A stretch of 64,000 nucleotides of DNA, from the NCBI GenBank assembly GCA_030141605.1, contig JAQGDQ010000235.1, positions 186,001 to 250,000 on the forward strand, written 5' to 3'. Source of the DNA: Tubiluchus corallicola (lineage: Eukaryota; Animalia; Priapulida). Below are positions 1 through 61,300 of this stretch, one piece after another (within the stretch, counting starts at the first letter, position 1; each line of letters opens with the position of its first letter). Both the position numbers and the translations under genes were made by a program. A model generated the notes under the pieces. The model was not told the origin of the DNA, did no database searches, and saw nothing but the letters and a program-made list of their open reading frames with translations.

Positions 1-1149
1 TATCTTATTTACATCTATGTTTGGCTGAGAATTGAAAAAAATAGAAAACAAAAAGAGGGAGAGGGAAATAACTGCATCTCAAAATTTAAATTAGGCATTC
101 TATTTCTTTGCATCCAATGCTAAGCAGCTGTTTAACATCATCTGTCTTACGCTGAGTTTAGAAGTGAAATATCTGCTCAGAAAAACTAACTTCTCCCAGC
201 TCTTTCTCTATCTAATTTTAAAGGCGTATAAAACTCCCTTAAGCATTTCCATAACATGCACGACAGATGCTTTTTCTTGACGATGTTTCGTGAAAATTTA
301 ATAAATCGAGATCAGACTTATTTATATATTACAAAGGCAAATTTCAGTCTCTTTACATTCTATTAAAAGGGTGTTATGAAAAAAGGCACAAATCTGTGAA
401 TGCTGGGAATGGCTTTTCTAGCAGTCAGCCATCCATTTATTGACTAAGTCTAGCATTATTTACTTTGTTTTCTAAGTACACATGCTGTGAACTCTCAAAC
501 TGTTTCCGTACTTGCCTTTTGCAGCATAAATGTAGTGGCGTCACTATTACAAAGACCCGCAAAACTTTAATTACTTATGCAGTTATTGCAGTATAACTAT
601 AACAGTGAACAATTTTCTGATTTTTGCTTGCTTTAAGTAAAATTAAATAAAGAAGTGACTTGAACATTATTATTATTAGTGTTTGTGGTCACTATACTGA
701 AGTTTTAAAATAATTGACATTAAAATTAAAAATAACAGACCGTGTACACTATTTTGGCAAATACATGAAAATTTTAAACGTTTGAATATAATTAATTGGT
801 TCGTTTTTACACTATCTGCACAAAGGTATGGCAATAAAAAGGTACCAGGAACATAAATTAATATGCATGCCATGACTGACTTGTGAGACCTATTTACGAT
901 AAAAGTTTGTGTTTAGTCTGCAAGTACTTTATTTTAATAGCTATGATCTGTGTGTTGTTTGGTAGTTTAAATTTAACTTATTAACTTCAGTTCCATATTT
1001 TATATAAAGCTTTATTGAAGCATATGCTTCATGATTATAATCTTTGCAATTTTTGTAATTAATGAGGATAATAATATGAATGAATTACTCATATTTTCTA
1101 ACTACGGTACTACCTGCATTAGGATTGTTTTTTGTGGAAATGGTGCAAA

Positions 1150-1660
1150 CTCATATTCACCTGTCTGTAAAAATCTATCAACTGTATTGCTAAACCTCTA
1201 TTTTATAATTTTAACAAGTCATTTTCAACGGGTATAGTACCAGACTCTCTGTAAAAGGATAATCCAATCGTTAAAAACGGTGACAAGTCCTAACTGGAAA
1301 TTTATAGACCCATTTCAATTCTTCCCCATTTTGCCAAAATTCTTGAAAGAGTAATGTATAATAGACTATTAAGTTTCATGAAAAAACATACCATATAGCC
1401 ACAGTCTCTCTACTTACATGGCTCCACTTGAACTTCTTGATCTAATATCAAATGCAATTGACAATAATGAATTTACAATTTGTATCTTTATTCATTTATT
1501 TAAGGCCTTTGATACTGTTGACTATAAAATCTTAGCTAAATTAAACAACTATGGTGTCAAAGGTCTGCTTTTACAGTGCTTTACATAAGAGAATGCAGTC
1601 AGCACTAATAGACAACACATTGTCTTCTTTGAAGCATATCAGTTATGGTGTCCCACATTA
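1150..1660 (+). mobile_element. Degenerate LINE (CR1/L2 group) reverse transcriptase fragment
   Basis: Disrupted translation: FSTGIVPD...KNGDK...YRPISILPHFAKILERVMYNRLLSF...KAFDTVD...YGV. Confidence 0.8.
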
Positions 1661-3416
1661 GAGCATTAGATACTTAGTTTAATATTATGAATTTATGAAG
1701 ATATTTATGGAGCTAATAATAATGATTATATTGTTGTAAAAATACAATTGTAAATTGTCACAATAACGTCACTTAACTTTTATGATTTCACTTCACAATA
1801 ACTAAACATATACATGATTTTATCAAAATTACTGCACAGGAAAAAACATTGCATTTCACATAATAGATATCACAAAATAACAAAATACATTATAAGCACA
1901 TTATAAGTACATGTGGACTAGTGGACTATCGAACTGACACGTGTCAAATAGTCAGCGTATACTTATATAGCGTAGCTTATATAAACTTTAGAAAGAGGCC
2001 AGTCAACAGCCGGTGCATATCAGGCCAGGTGATCAAGCCAGCGTAAACTATATGTACGAAAACCACTTAGGTAACCTATAGATCGACACGTACAGATTAT
2101 TTATGAGGAACAGGAAATATTAAGCAGACTAAATGTATTTAAAGTGAAAGAAAAGATTTTGAAGGAACAAACCTGCAATGTTAATAAAAATACGAAAAAG
2201 GAAAAATAACTAAAATTGAACTTACGACCTTTTCGTCGCGACAATAGCTAATGTATTACACCAGTTGCTACAGCCATCTTGAAAGTGACGTTGATTCCAA
2301 AATAATTATCTAACAGTGCTAAATTTTATAATGCTTAGACAAAATGAGCAATTTTTTATGATTCATTTGGAATATATGTTGGTAAGTCGACGACCGTTTT
2401 CTCTTTTGCTCATTTCTTTTTGTATCTTGTTCTTAGTCTAGCAGTATTTTGATTCAACAAAGTTGAATTGATAAAAATGACCTGCTTATTGTTTATGTAA
2501 TAAATCATTAAGTGAATTATTTAATATAATTGATCTTGTTCTGGTTGTGTGACAGGCATATTGAAAACCTCGACCATTTTTGTAACAGAATAATAATCTT
2601 TTTCTGCAAACTTGTTTTGAGTTAGCCTACATTTTGTGTGCAATAATTTTGGTGACCATTTTCCATTAATTTTTCAAGCCGGCAACAGCTTTTTTGTATT
2701 CAGCATACCCATGCCCATACCATACCCATAAGACTGGCTATGTTGGCCAATTTTAAAAAATACCCCTAGAATTTTATAGAAGCACGCTGGTGATCTTCTA
2801 GTCTAGTGATGGCTATTTTGAAAGCGGTCGTCATTTTTGAAATGAAAATGACAGAAATGGATTCTAATGTCCAACTACACTTTGAATAGATGTCGTAACG
2901 GCTTTTTAATGTTAATTTTCTCGACTTTCTTTTAATTTACATTGGTTTTACAAAACAAAATTGGCGGCCATTTCGTTTTTGCATTTTTAGCACCTTTCGG
3001 CTAATTTTTTAGGATGTCAAAAGCTTTTTTCCAATTGAACTTAGACTAATTGACAAAACTGGCTGTTGCCCACTTTCAGAAAATAAAACATCCCCAGAAC
3101 TTTATAAAAGCACTTTTCGGGTTTTGGGCATGGACTACACCAGCTAGGCCTTTATGTTTCTCCTGATTATGACAGTCCAGGTTCATCCCTTGTAGAGTAG
3201 GTTGACCATTTCAGAATTTCTATGTGGCTTTGCACTCTTATTAATAATAAGCTTGCATTTAAGATTATAAATAATTGATGAATTACAGAAATTTCACTGT
3301 TAATATTAATCAAAAATGATGATCATCAAGTTGGTTATAATCTGTCTCATGTGGGTGATCTAACACTAGAAATGCTGAAATTGTTGACCATTTATGAGGG
3401 ATGAACTTTAGACTAA

Positions 3417-3478
3417 GTGGCCTAGTGGTTATGACACGGCTTTGTAAGCCAAAGAACCCTGGTTTAAATCTGAGCTTT
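3417..3478 (+). repeat. tRNA-like (SINE head) remnant
   Basis: A-box-like TGGCCTAGTGG and B-box-like GGTTTAAATC at tRNA spacing; no full cloverleaf. Confidence 0.4.
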
Positions 3479-3656
3479 TCGAAATTTTCATTTTTTTTTC
3501 TCATGTTTGGTATCAAAATTCAATTAATCGTTTGTCTTTACCATCGACATGCTAAAAATAATTATTGTAAAACCTTTTTTTTGTGTATTGATGTGTTGTA
3601 ATGCTAGTTCACTTTTCTGCTAGTATTTACCCAATCTAAAATTTTATCTTGTCTAG

Positions 3657-50815
<47,159 letters not shown>

Positions 50816-50840
50816 GTAATTTGTTATATGCTGTACTCAG

Positions 50841-50844
<4 letters not shown>

Positions 50845-50897
<53 letters not shown>
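50845..50897. repeat. (ATT)n microsatellite just after exon 12
   Basis: Directly visible. Confidence 0.95.
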
Positions 50898-50899
<2 letters not shown>

Positions 50900-52049
50900 T
50901 TTAAATATTTTAAGTTAGTTTTGTTTTTATTATTATATCAAAATTTAAAGTAAAACCACTCCTTAACTCGACATGTGTTATTTTCTCATGATATACACCC
51001 AAAAATATAGAAATTACTGCGCATAAAATGCCTTGCTTAAAAACTTGAATCATTCTGATCTCTCCGCAAAGGAACCCCCTGCGGCCATACTTCAAAATAT
51101 GATGTAAAATGGTGAAAAGTATGAAGGCATGTGTAACAAAATTTCTGCAGTTCACTCTGATTGAAATTCTCTTACTCTGGCTGACTAGATCTTTTTGTTT
51201 AACTGTTTTTATGTAAAAATGAGTCATCGAATAATTAGCAATAACTTATAAAGTGCTTACATAGTTTTAATCCTCATGTTTACACAATGCTGTACATAAA
51301 TTACTAATCTAATTACAGATAAGCACAGAACTGCGACATCATCATGTTGTGTGCGGTCAGCCGTTCTTTGCTATCTTGAATATCGCTAATATTTACACTA
51401 ATATAGACTAAAATTGTAACAGGAAAATGATTCACCTTTTTCTTGAAGTTGGAAGGATCACGTAGATACATAAGTTTAAAATTGTGTAATAGAAATTGTC
51501 TCACAAAACTTCGTTGAAGATTATGACTTAAAAAGTTTGGCTGTACATTATGCTGTTTTGAGATTTTCGCATGACACCAGGCAAGACTTCACGTGACATT
51601 GCGATCCAATATGGCAGGATAGATACGTATTCACGAATTTATGAGCCTTTAAAATCTTCCATTTGGTGAGTTACATCAGCACGAGTTACGTGTACTTTGA
51701 AATGTGAATCTTGCAGCAATATGCAAGTATTATTAGTGGCAATATTTGTCTTGACATGCCAAATGATACAAATCCACATAATAAAAATGAGACAATATTT
51801 GTATTCTACGGACCACAGACTAAAAGCATTTTATGAAGATTACTCACTGAATTATTATCAGACTGCGAATCTTGTTTTTGCATACCAACTTTTCTTTGCT
51901 TAATTGTAAAGCGAGAGAAATCCAAGTACATTTCGGTTCCTGATGTAATAAGAGAGTGTGGGCAATTCTGTCTTGTAGTAAATTCAAAACCTTGCCATTC
52001 AATATTACTGACATTACTGCTACATCTAGTAATTAATCCAGGCCAATTA

Positions 52050-54360
52050 AATGGGCAGAAGCCTAAGTATCCTTGTAGATTTTGCAAGTGAGCAGTTAAA
52101 ACTGATGCCATAAGATGCAATCAGTGTGAGTGTTGGTTTCACGAAAACTGTGTAAACTTATCGTGAGACATGCTAGCTGTATATAATAATCTATCTTACA
52201 TCTGCTGCAATTGTGACATCAAATTTCAGAAGTTCTTTCTTTAATAACTTTCTATAAAGTTTTGCTACTTCAAGCCGTTTTTTGCTACTGAATCAAGATA
52301 CTTCTTTATCCCTTAACTTCTGATACATGTACAACTATTAAATTTAATCCACACTAGGTCACTAAAAACCAAAAAAAGCCACAAAGCACCTACTATAAAT
52401 TGTAACAACATCAGAAGCAAATAGAAAAATGAGCAGTTCATAACATTTATTAACCATCACTGACCAGATATAATTTGGAACTGAATTGAAATTAGAAAGT
52501 ACTGACCCAACGTATGCTGTTTTCCCAGATGCGTACAAGGTGATTCAGAAGAGTCGGCAGTGAGGTTTTTCTAGCTAATAATACAAAATTTAATGGCAAA
52601 CCCAGTTAATGGTTTGGATACAGCCTGTGAACTTGCATGGACCAATTTACGGTTTGCAAACACATGGCAGATGAACCTAGATAGTTTCTATCATCCACCT
52701 GGTAATAGTGCCACAAATCTAATAAATTTAGATTTAAAATAAACAAAATTTGTGAAAAACAACCGAAACCAACCAAACATAATTTCGTGCAATGATTTAA
52801 TGGAGGTGACATCAACTGAGAGAAAAATCAGTCAACAACTCAACTTTTGCCATTAGCAAAAAACTTTAAACATTTTTTGGTTAATATAGTATGTCACAGC
52901 ATGTTAGAGGTGCAACAAGACCAGCATATGGCAAAACACTTGTCTTGCTAACAACAACTAATGCTTCTGCAATTAAAATGCGCAGATAAAACCATGAATA
53001 AGTGATCACAATGCAGTTCTTGTAGACATAGATGCATATCTAAAATATAAAAAAAAACCATCCCACTGAGATCTATATGATAGGGAAAGCACTATCTAGC
53101 TTAAACGTGACACTGAACTTCTTACTCAAAAATATCTTGTAGCTCATCTGAAAAACAGATCAATTGGAGACAAATGAAGAACATTATCATTGAGAAAACC
53201 TTGGACTCCAACCCTAAGCTAAAGAAAATTTGGATGTGGCTGCATTAAAAGATGGTACAAAAATTTTCACATCATATTTAGAAAAAGCAGAAGCTCTAAA
53301 TGATTGGTTGAAATTTCTTTTTTTATGCATTGGAAATATCAGCAGCATTCCAGATATGGGTATGCCTCCATGTGCAACAGTTGAGGACCTACAGATTGGC
53401 ATAGAGGTAGCCAAACATTTGTCTTGCATCAGCCCTTTCAAAACTTATGGTCATGAAGCAGTGTCAGCAAAGCTGCCTAAGACAACAGCCACCTAGTTGG
53501 TGTTATCATTTGCTTTTCTCTTCCAACAGTCCTTTGATATGGAAATTCTTCCTTCTGACTTGAAGCAAGCATTAGTAACAGCTCTTTACAAGACGGGTGA
53601 AAAGGCATCGCCTGGAAGTTATAGACCTGTCTCCCTGGCATGCATTTTGTGCAAGATATTGGAGCATATCATTTTAATACACATTATGAAACATATTTCA
53701 CATCACTATATATTTTCAGGTCTACAGCATGGTTATAAACAAAAGTAATTACTGCAGTTCAAGACTGTGCATTTACTCTACACAATCACAGCCAAACAGG
53801 TTTGGTACTGCTGGACATTGCAAAGCTTCTGCACTGTGCAGCATTGAGACTTCATTATTAAGCTTGGGCATCTGGTTTCTTCTTAGTCGAACTGAAACGC
53901 TATCTGTCAATGGAAGCAAGTCTTCTTGGTCTCCAGTATCATTAGGAGTACCGCAGCGCTTTATTCTGGGACTAGTTTTCTTCTATATGTCAACGACGTT
54001 AGCACAATTATATCATCTCAACTTAAACTTAGTGCAATTAAATATTCAATTTCAAGATGATTTACAAGCTCATATTCAATTGCAAGATGATTTACAGAAA
54101 CTCCATTGGTGGTCTAAGGACTGGCTTGTAGAGTTCAACCCTACTAAATGCTACATTCTAAATATTACCAAAAACAGAAACCAAGCTCCTTCCAATATAC
54201 AATTGCAAATGCACCAGCAAAGGTCAATTCACATGAAGTCCCATATAGTGCTCTCTCGTGCATGTTCTCCTGCCCGCTAACAATCAGGATATGGAACAGG
54301 CTTCCTGCCAGATCAGTAAAGGCTAGTTCCATCAAGACATTTTGGCAAGTGAAACTTGCT
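52050..54360 (+). mobile_element. Degenerate CR1-clade LINE (PHD-finger ORF1, endonuclease, RT)
   Basis: KYPCRFCK*AVKTDAIRCNQCECWFHENCV; YRPVSLACILCKILEHII; GVPQ; DDLQKLHWWSKDWLVEFNPTKC; frameshifted. Confidence 0.85.
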
Positions 54361-54899
54361 GCTATTAGAGTCATGGAGCTGCCACACAGGGAAGATTGTA
54401 AAAAATTACACGTTTTTCAATGCACATAATAAACCATGCCTAAAAACCTTGTTTTTTTACGATATTGAGTAGACATTGTTGGTTGCCACACTGGGCACAT
54501 TGACCTTACACATCATTCCAGTTTAGCAGTTTTTTGAGCTTTTGGAATTAACAATTGAAGATTGAAGGAATTCGGTAAGGCTACGAGCATAAATGTGTGC
54601 TTGCACAATAAAATCGTCCACAAGTCAGCAATTAAGTTTTTCTAGATATTCATATATATCTCCATTTTATGCTTATCATTTTGATGCCAAGCTCATCGTT
54701 CTATGTTATTTTTTTGACCTGAGGTAATCCACTTTGAAGTTGAGGTGCATGCTAAGAACTTGAAAAGATAATATTGAGAAAATTGTGTATTAAAGTAGGC
54801 TATTGTTTTTTCTCGCATTTCTACAAAAACTTAGCAACCATACGAATGTGCGAGTTTTTTACAATTGTAGTAATAGTTTCTAGTCAGAGGTACAGGGTT

Positions 54900-57800
54900 A
54901 AATTCAAATTCAAATTCAGTTTATTTCACTAGAAACTACAATAATACAAGTATATATTACAACTTCTTGTATAACTGGAAACAGCAAAAAATAGAATAAA
55001 ATAACTTCTAACTCCCTAGAAATACTATATTAAGGTGTTGAAGTTTGCCGCATGGTAGCTAAAAAAGGGACCTTGTTAAGCCAACATGACATATGAAATA
55101 TGAAATGAAGAAGCTAGATGATGATAAAGAGAAGAAAGATGAACTATGTTGCAGTTAGTATAAAGAAAACCGAAGGAAAGAATAAGTCAAAAGAAAACAT
55201 AAAATAAGAAAACGTGCCCATTAGCTGCAACTGATTTTTGGCAAAAAACTGTTGGTGGATGCTAAACGACTGGCACGAATCACCAACTAAGTGAGTTATT
55301 CACTATTAAACATTAGACAAAAACATAACATTTCAAAGATTTTTAAAAAATATTTATAGATTTGCTGCTTTATGTGTTTGGGGGAATATTGTTCCATTGT
55401 AAGGGGCTGTGAATTTTAGAAAATGTCTAGCAAGATTTGTTCTAGAATATGGTGTAAGAAATTCATTAAAACGTGTGCTATATTGTTTGTGGTTCCATAA
55501 TACTGCATTAATGAAAGTAGTTAGAAATAAACCGAAATGTTTTGTACATATATGTAGACAGCTTAAATAAAATTAAATTTTCTAAAATTAAAATGTGACT
55601 GTTTTGAAATAATGATTTAGAACAGTTGTATATTTTGAGAAGCCATTCATAATACGGAGAAATTTTCTTTCATGTCTGTTTAAGATAACCAGGTTCATAG
55701 GATAAGTTCTGCCCTATAACAAACAACAGTAAGTTAAGTAAGGCAATATTAATGTATAATATAAAGATAATAAATGAAATTTACAGTTTGTTTTTGATAA
55801 ATAAAATTATTCCAATATGTTTTTTTTGCAATTTTTTGACTTACTCCTATATGGGGCTTCCAGTCTGAATTTTCATGCAGGACTATTCCCGAAAATTTGA
55901 AAGTATTTACGCGCTCAATCAAAGATCCATCATTATATATATTTATATCATTTGGTGGTTTTTTGTTTTTGTTATGAAAAATCATGCATTTTGTTTTGTT
56001 GGGATTAAGAGATAACTTGTTAGATCTGAACCAATCTGCAGTTACAGGTAGCATCTCATTCATCTGTTTTATGGAATAACAAGAGAGATTAAGGAGTTGT
56101 ATCATCAGCAAACTGAAATAGGTTCGAGTTATGTAATAAATTACTTAGATCATTTATGTAAAGCAAAAACAACAGAGGTCCCAATATGGAAACCTGGGGA
56201 GTGCCACATTTCATAGTTTGTACACCCGACAATGAGTTATTACATCTGACTTGTTGAGCACGACTGGTTATGTAACTGACCAAGTATTGGCTATGCCTTG
56301 GATTCCATAGTGAGTGAATTTGATAAGAATTGGGTGGTCTATAGTATCGAATGCTTTCAATAGGTCACAGAAAATGTTATTGGCTGTGCCTCGGATTCGA
56401 TGATGAGTTGATTTGAGAGAAATAGGGTGGTCTATGCTATCCGATGCTTTCGATATGTCAGAATAAATGCCTGCTGCTATAATGTTATTTTCAATAGTGG
56501 TTACAATCTGTTCACAAATTTTAATTATTACTAATTCTGTTCAATATCATTTACAGAATCCAAACTGGGTGTTGCTAAGAATATTGTGTTTAATTAAATA
56601 TTTAAGAAGTTGATTGTGTACAGCTCTTTCTAATACTTTGGAAAAAAGGGTAACAGAGAAATGGGTCGATAATTGTCTAATTTAGTGTCTTCACCATTTT
56701 TTAAAAAAGGGAATGATAACAGCTTGCTTTAATTTACTAGGGACTTGTTCACTACTAAGTGATGTATTTATTATGTGACTAATAGGTGTGGCAATGGATG
56801 GCATGACATCGTTAATAACCTTGGTAGAAAAATTGTCTATCATTGGACTTTTATTTGAGTTTAACGTTTTGCAGATATTTATTACATCAGAAATGAAGGA
56901 GTTAGGGGAATTTCCAATTAAGTGCTCTGAAATAATGTTTATATGGGTTTCCTAATTTATTTGCGAGAGATGATCCAATACTCACAAAATATTCATTGAA
57001 TCTATTACACCATTATTGGTCAGTATTTTATTATTGACATTGAGTTTTATATTATTTGATTTTTTACCTATGTTCATTATTTCTTTCAATATGGTCTGGG
57101 TTTTCTTCATATGATTTTTATAATTTTCTAGTTTATTTTTGTAGTAATAGTTTTAGCATGTTTAATAAGCTCATTCACTTTATTCCGATATTGTTTGTAT
57201 TGATTAGTGAATATATGTAAATTTGATAAGTCTTGAATTAAAGATGTTTTAATTTCCTGATTGTATGTAAATCTTCAATAACAAGATTGTTGTGTCGATA
57301 AAGGCAATAATAAGTCATTTATAAGAAACACATGGTGGTGATCAGTGATATCAGTCAGTCAGTTACCTGATTTGTAATCATGCTGTATAATATTTGTTAA
57401 AATGTTGTCTATGAGTGTAGCTGAGATGTTTTTAATTCGTGTTGGGCGTGTTATTACCGGAAATGCAAAATTTGAAAAAGTAATATCAAGAAGATGTTTA
57501 GTGTCAGTATGAGTCTGAAAGTTAAAGAAGTTTAGATTAAAATCGCCAGTTACAAATACCTATTTTGAGTGTCTGTTAATTTTAATTAAAATATCGGATG
57601 CTTTATCGTTAAACAATAATGGGCTTTCGCTCGGTGGACGATAGACCGAACCGACTGTAATGTTTTTACATTTGCACAATATTTACACAAATACTGTTTC
57701 AATATTCTCATCAGACATTGTTAAATCTTGACGCTGGATGAATGGTACATTATTACATATAAACAAAGCCGCACCACCTCCAATTTTTATTAATTTTTCT

Positions 57801-58240
57801 ATTATGAGATAAAAATTTATATGCAGGGAGGTGAAATGCACAATCAAGGTTATCGCCAAGCCAGGTCTCAGACAATACAATGACTGAGAAGTCTATACCA
57901 AGGATTTTTAGATATGTGGAAAAATGATCAAAATTATTTTTCATACTTAGAATATTCAAATGAATTATTGAAAACGTATTATCACTTTTTGGGAAATTAT
58001 TGAAAATCATAGACTGAAATTGATCAACATCATAATATTTGCTACCTTTTGGTACATTCTTATCAGTAAGAAAATTTTTATCAGGGTCAACATTTTCAAT
58101 ATTGACAGTGGTTGAGGGATTAATATCATCATGCAAATCAAGGTTCAATGAATCTATATCAACATCAGAGTAAAAATTACAATGTCTAGTTAATAAATGA
58201 AAGTTGTCATCATCATCACTATTATTTAACGGAAAAATTT
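54900..58240 (-). mobile_element. Degenerate L2/Crack-like LINE (endonuclease + RT), nearly full ORF2
   Basis: FSVIVLSETW, GGGAALFI, CGTPQVSILGPLLFLLYINDL, QFADDT, WFRSNKLSLNPNKTK; (TTTGAA)n tail at ~54900. Confidence 0.88.
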
Positions 58241-58379
58241 TCTACAAACAAAATTGGCAAAACCAAGGGTCTGTGTCTAGAAGTATGTTATAATCAGTAA
58301 TAGTTAAAAGAGAGCATTTAAGATGGATCCAGGATCCGCAGCAATCGCACAGCATCCCACACTGGTTTCTCTTTACTGT

Positions 58380-61300
58380 TTTTTTTTGCTCGAACATTCG
58401 AAGCTGCAATAGCTAACCGTCTTACGAACAATGAATGCCAGTGCCAACAACACAGCCATCAGTGAGAATGTTAGTGCATCAAACGTAAAGCTAAACAGTG
58501 AATCCAACAAACAGTGTGTAGATGTTGTGGGCGTGACCATCCTCGAGTAAAAGATTTGTGCCCAGCCAGAAATTCAATGTGCAGAGCATGCAACAAATTA
58601 GATCACTGGCAAAGATTTTGCATAACAACAAACATGCAAAAAAGAGGCAGGAGAATTAACAGAAATACTAGAGTACAGGACAGACAAAAACGAAGTAACA
58701 GCAGAACACGTAGGGGACAGTGGCGTGATAATGATATTAGCACCATCTCACAAGGAGAACCCGAATTTGAAACTCTGTTATATGCAGAATTACGTGTATC
58801 TGATGTCTGCCTCGAACAACAACAAACACGGGATGAGGCATTTACTAACATAGACATTAACACGAATCACAACGATAACAGGAAACGGCAACTACAGATA
58901 AAGGTAGATACTGGAGCCCAGGGGAAACACAATTCCTGTTCGCATATACAAAGGAATATTCCTGAGACAATTAGATAGCACTGGAAATCCAACAAATCTA
59001 CAATCACTAAATGGAACCAGACTAGTAGCTTACAATGGAACCAAGATAAAATGCTATATGGTGTAGTACCAAGTTTTATATTGTTGATGTACCAGGACCA
59101 GCAGTGCTAGGTTTACGAAGTTCTGAAATATTGAATATAGTAACGCTAAATTGTGTTATAACAGCGAAAAACCAGGATTCCAATGGCAAACACCTACAAA
59201 TGATCAATAATGTAGAAGACCCAATGAAGCTGTACCCAGAACAGTTTGACCGGATCGGCAGCTTACCCGGAACAGCAAGCATCTCACTGAAGGATGAAGC
59301 CACACCATATGTTGATCCACCTAGAATCCGCCTATCCATCTGAAAGACCCTCTGGAAAAAGAGCTAAGGAGGATGGAACATTTAGGTGTTATAAGGTGTG
59401 TAGTAGAGCACACAGACTGGTGTTCAAGTCTGACATATGCAATCAAAGATGATGGCAGCATTAGAGTGTGTCTTGATCCAGCCAAACTCAATGAAGCAGT
59501 GAAGCGATACCCACATAAACAACCAACATTGGAAGAACTGAGCCACAAGTTTCATGGAACATGTTATTTTTCTAAATAAGATGCCAAGTCCGGATATTGG
59601 TCGATACACCTGGATCAAGAAAGCCAACTCCTAACGATGTTTAGGACACCGATAGGGTGTTACTGTTTTAACAGACTTCCTTTTGGCCTTGCTACAAGCC
59701 AAGATATTTTTCAAGCCCATATGGATGAAGTCATTGAGCAATGTATAGGAGCTGTGGGCATATCAGGCGACACAGTAGTATATGGGAAAACAGAAAGTGA
59801 GCATAATGAAAACTTGCACAAACTCCTTAAAACGGCACAGAAGATGGGATTAGCATTCAACAGTAAAAAGTGTAGCATCAAACAACCAGAAGTATCATTT
59901 TATTGAATGATATTTAGCAAAGGTGAAATGAGACCAGATCCAAATAAGGTAGAGGATTTAAAATATATGCCATTACCAACAACGAAGAAAGAACTGCAAG
60001 AATTTCTTGGACTAATACAGTATCTCAGCCCATTCATTGATAATTTAGCAAATAAAGCTGCACCATTACGTGATTTGTTAAAGGAGCAGGTACCATTTCA
60101 ATGGGAAGATGCCATCAGCAAGGAAGCTTGCATGCTGTACTACGATATCAATGGGTCTGTGGAACTTATCACTGATGCATGACAAAGAGGTTTAGGTACA
60201 GCACTCATGCAACCTGATTCAAATGGCAATATGAAACCGGTAGCATTTGCATTGAAGAGCCTAACAGAAACCCAAAGTAGATATGCTAATGTAGAGCGAG
60301 ACCTATTAGGAGTATGTTATGGAGTGGAAAGATTTAGAACATTTCTTTTTGCAAGATCATTCACCATTGTGACAGATCATAAACCTTTGGTATCCATACT
60401 GAAAAAGAATGTCTCAACAGCAAGATCATTCACCATTGTGACAGATCATAAACCTTTGGTATCCATGCTGAAAAAGAATGTCTCAACAGCAAGATCATTC
60501 ACCATTGTGACAGATCATAAACCTTTGGTATCCATACTGAAAAAGAATGTCTCAACAGCACCACCACGGTTAGAACGTATGTTACTAAAGTTGCAGGGAT
60601 GCAACTTTAATGTGATCTATCGACCTAGCAGGGAGATCGAATAGCAGATAGCTTGAGCCAATTGCCGAATCCCAAGAACAGGGGTGAAGTGAAGTTAGAT
60701 GTAATAAGAGTAAACTTTATGAGTTTTCAAGCACATAATATCAGTAAAATCCGTGAGCAGACAAAAAATGACCCTGAAATGTGTTGTTTGATAGACACTG
60801 TTATAAATGGTTGGCCAGAAAGAATAAACCAAGTGCGTGATGGCATCAAGAATTATTGGAATTTCAGAGATGAGTTATCAATGGAAGATGGGATAATCAT
60901 GAAAAGTGGTCGGGTAGTAATTCCAAACAATTTACGTACGGATATATTGAAACAGCTACACACGGGCCACTTAGGTGTGGTGAAATCAAAATTCAGGGCA
61001 AAGAGTGCAATATTCTGGCTATGCATTAAGAAAGAGATTGAGAAGATGTGTAAGCAGTGTGCTATATGCAATAAATATCCAGACACCCAGCAACATGAAA
61101 CCCTCCTTCAACATGTAGTACCAGCTGCGCCATGGGAGGTTGTTGGAGCTAACATGTTTACATGTGGTCCAGATCAGTATCTTATCATAGCTGATTACTA
61201 TAGTAAGTACCCAGTAATTAGGAAGCTACGATTGCCATGCCCGAGTTTGACTTTAGTTAATGCAACGAAGCAAATATTCACTGAGCTCGGAATGCCAAGG

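Noticed and set aside
1031-1237. ORF with 'CGNGANSYSPVC' resembling a Kazal loop
   Set aside because: Lacks the 6-Cys pattern and runs into LINE RT sequence in another frame
2220-2280. tRNA-like sequence on the minus strand
   Set aside because: Too decayed for a cloverleaf; at most a SINE remnant
60351-60557. Regular repeat array possibly CRISPR-like
   Set aside because: Pure tandem duplication without spacers, in eukaryotic retrotransposon sequence
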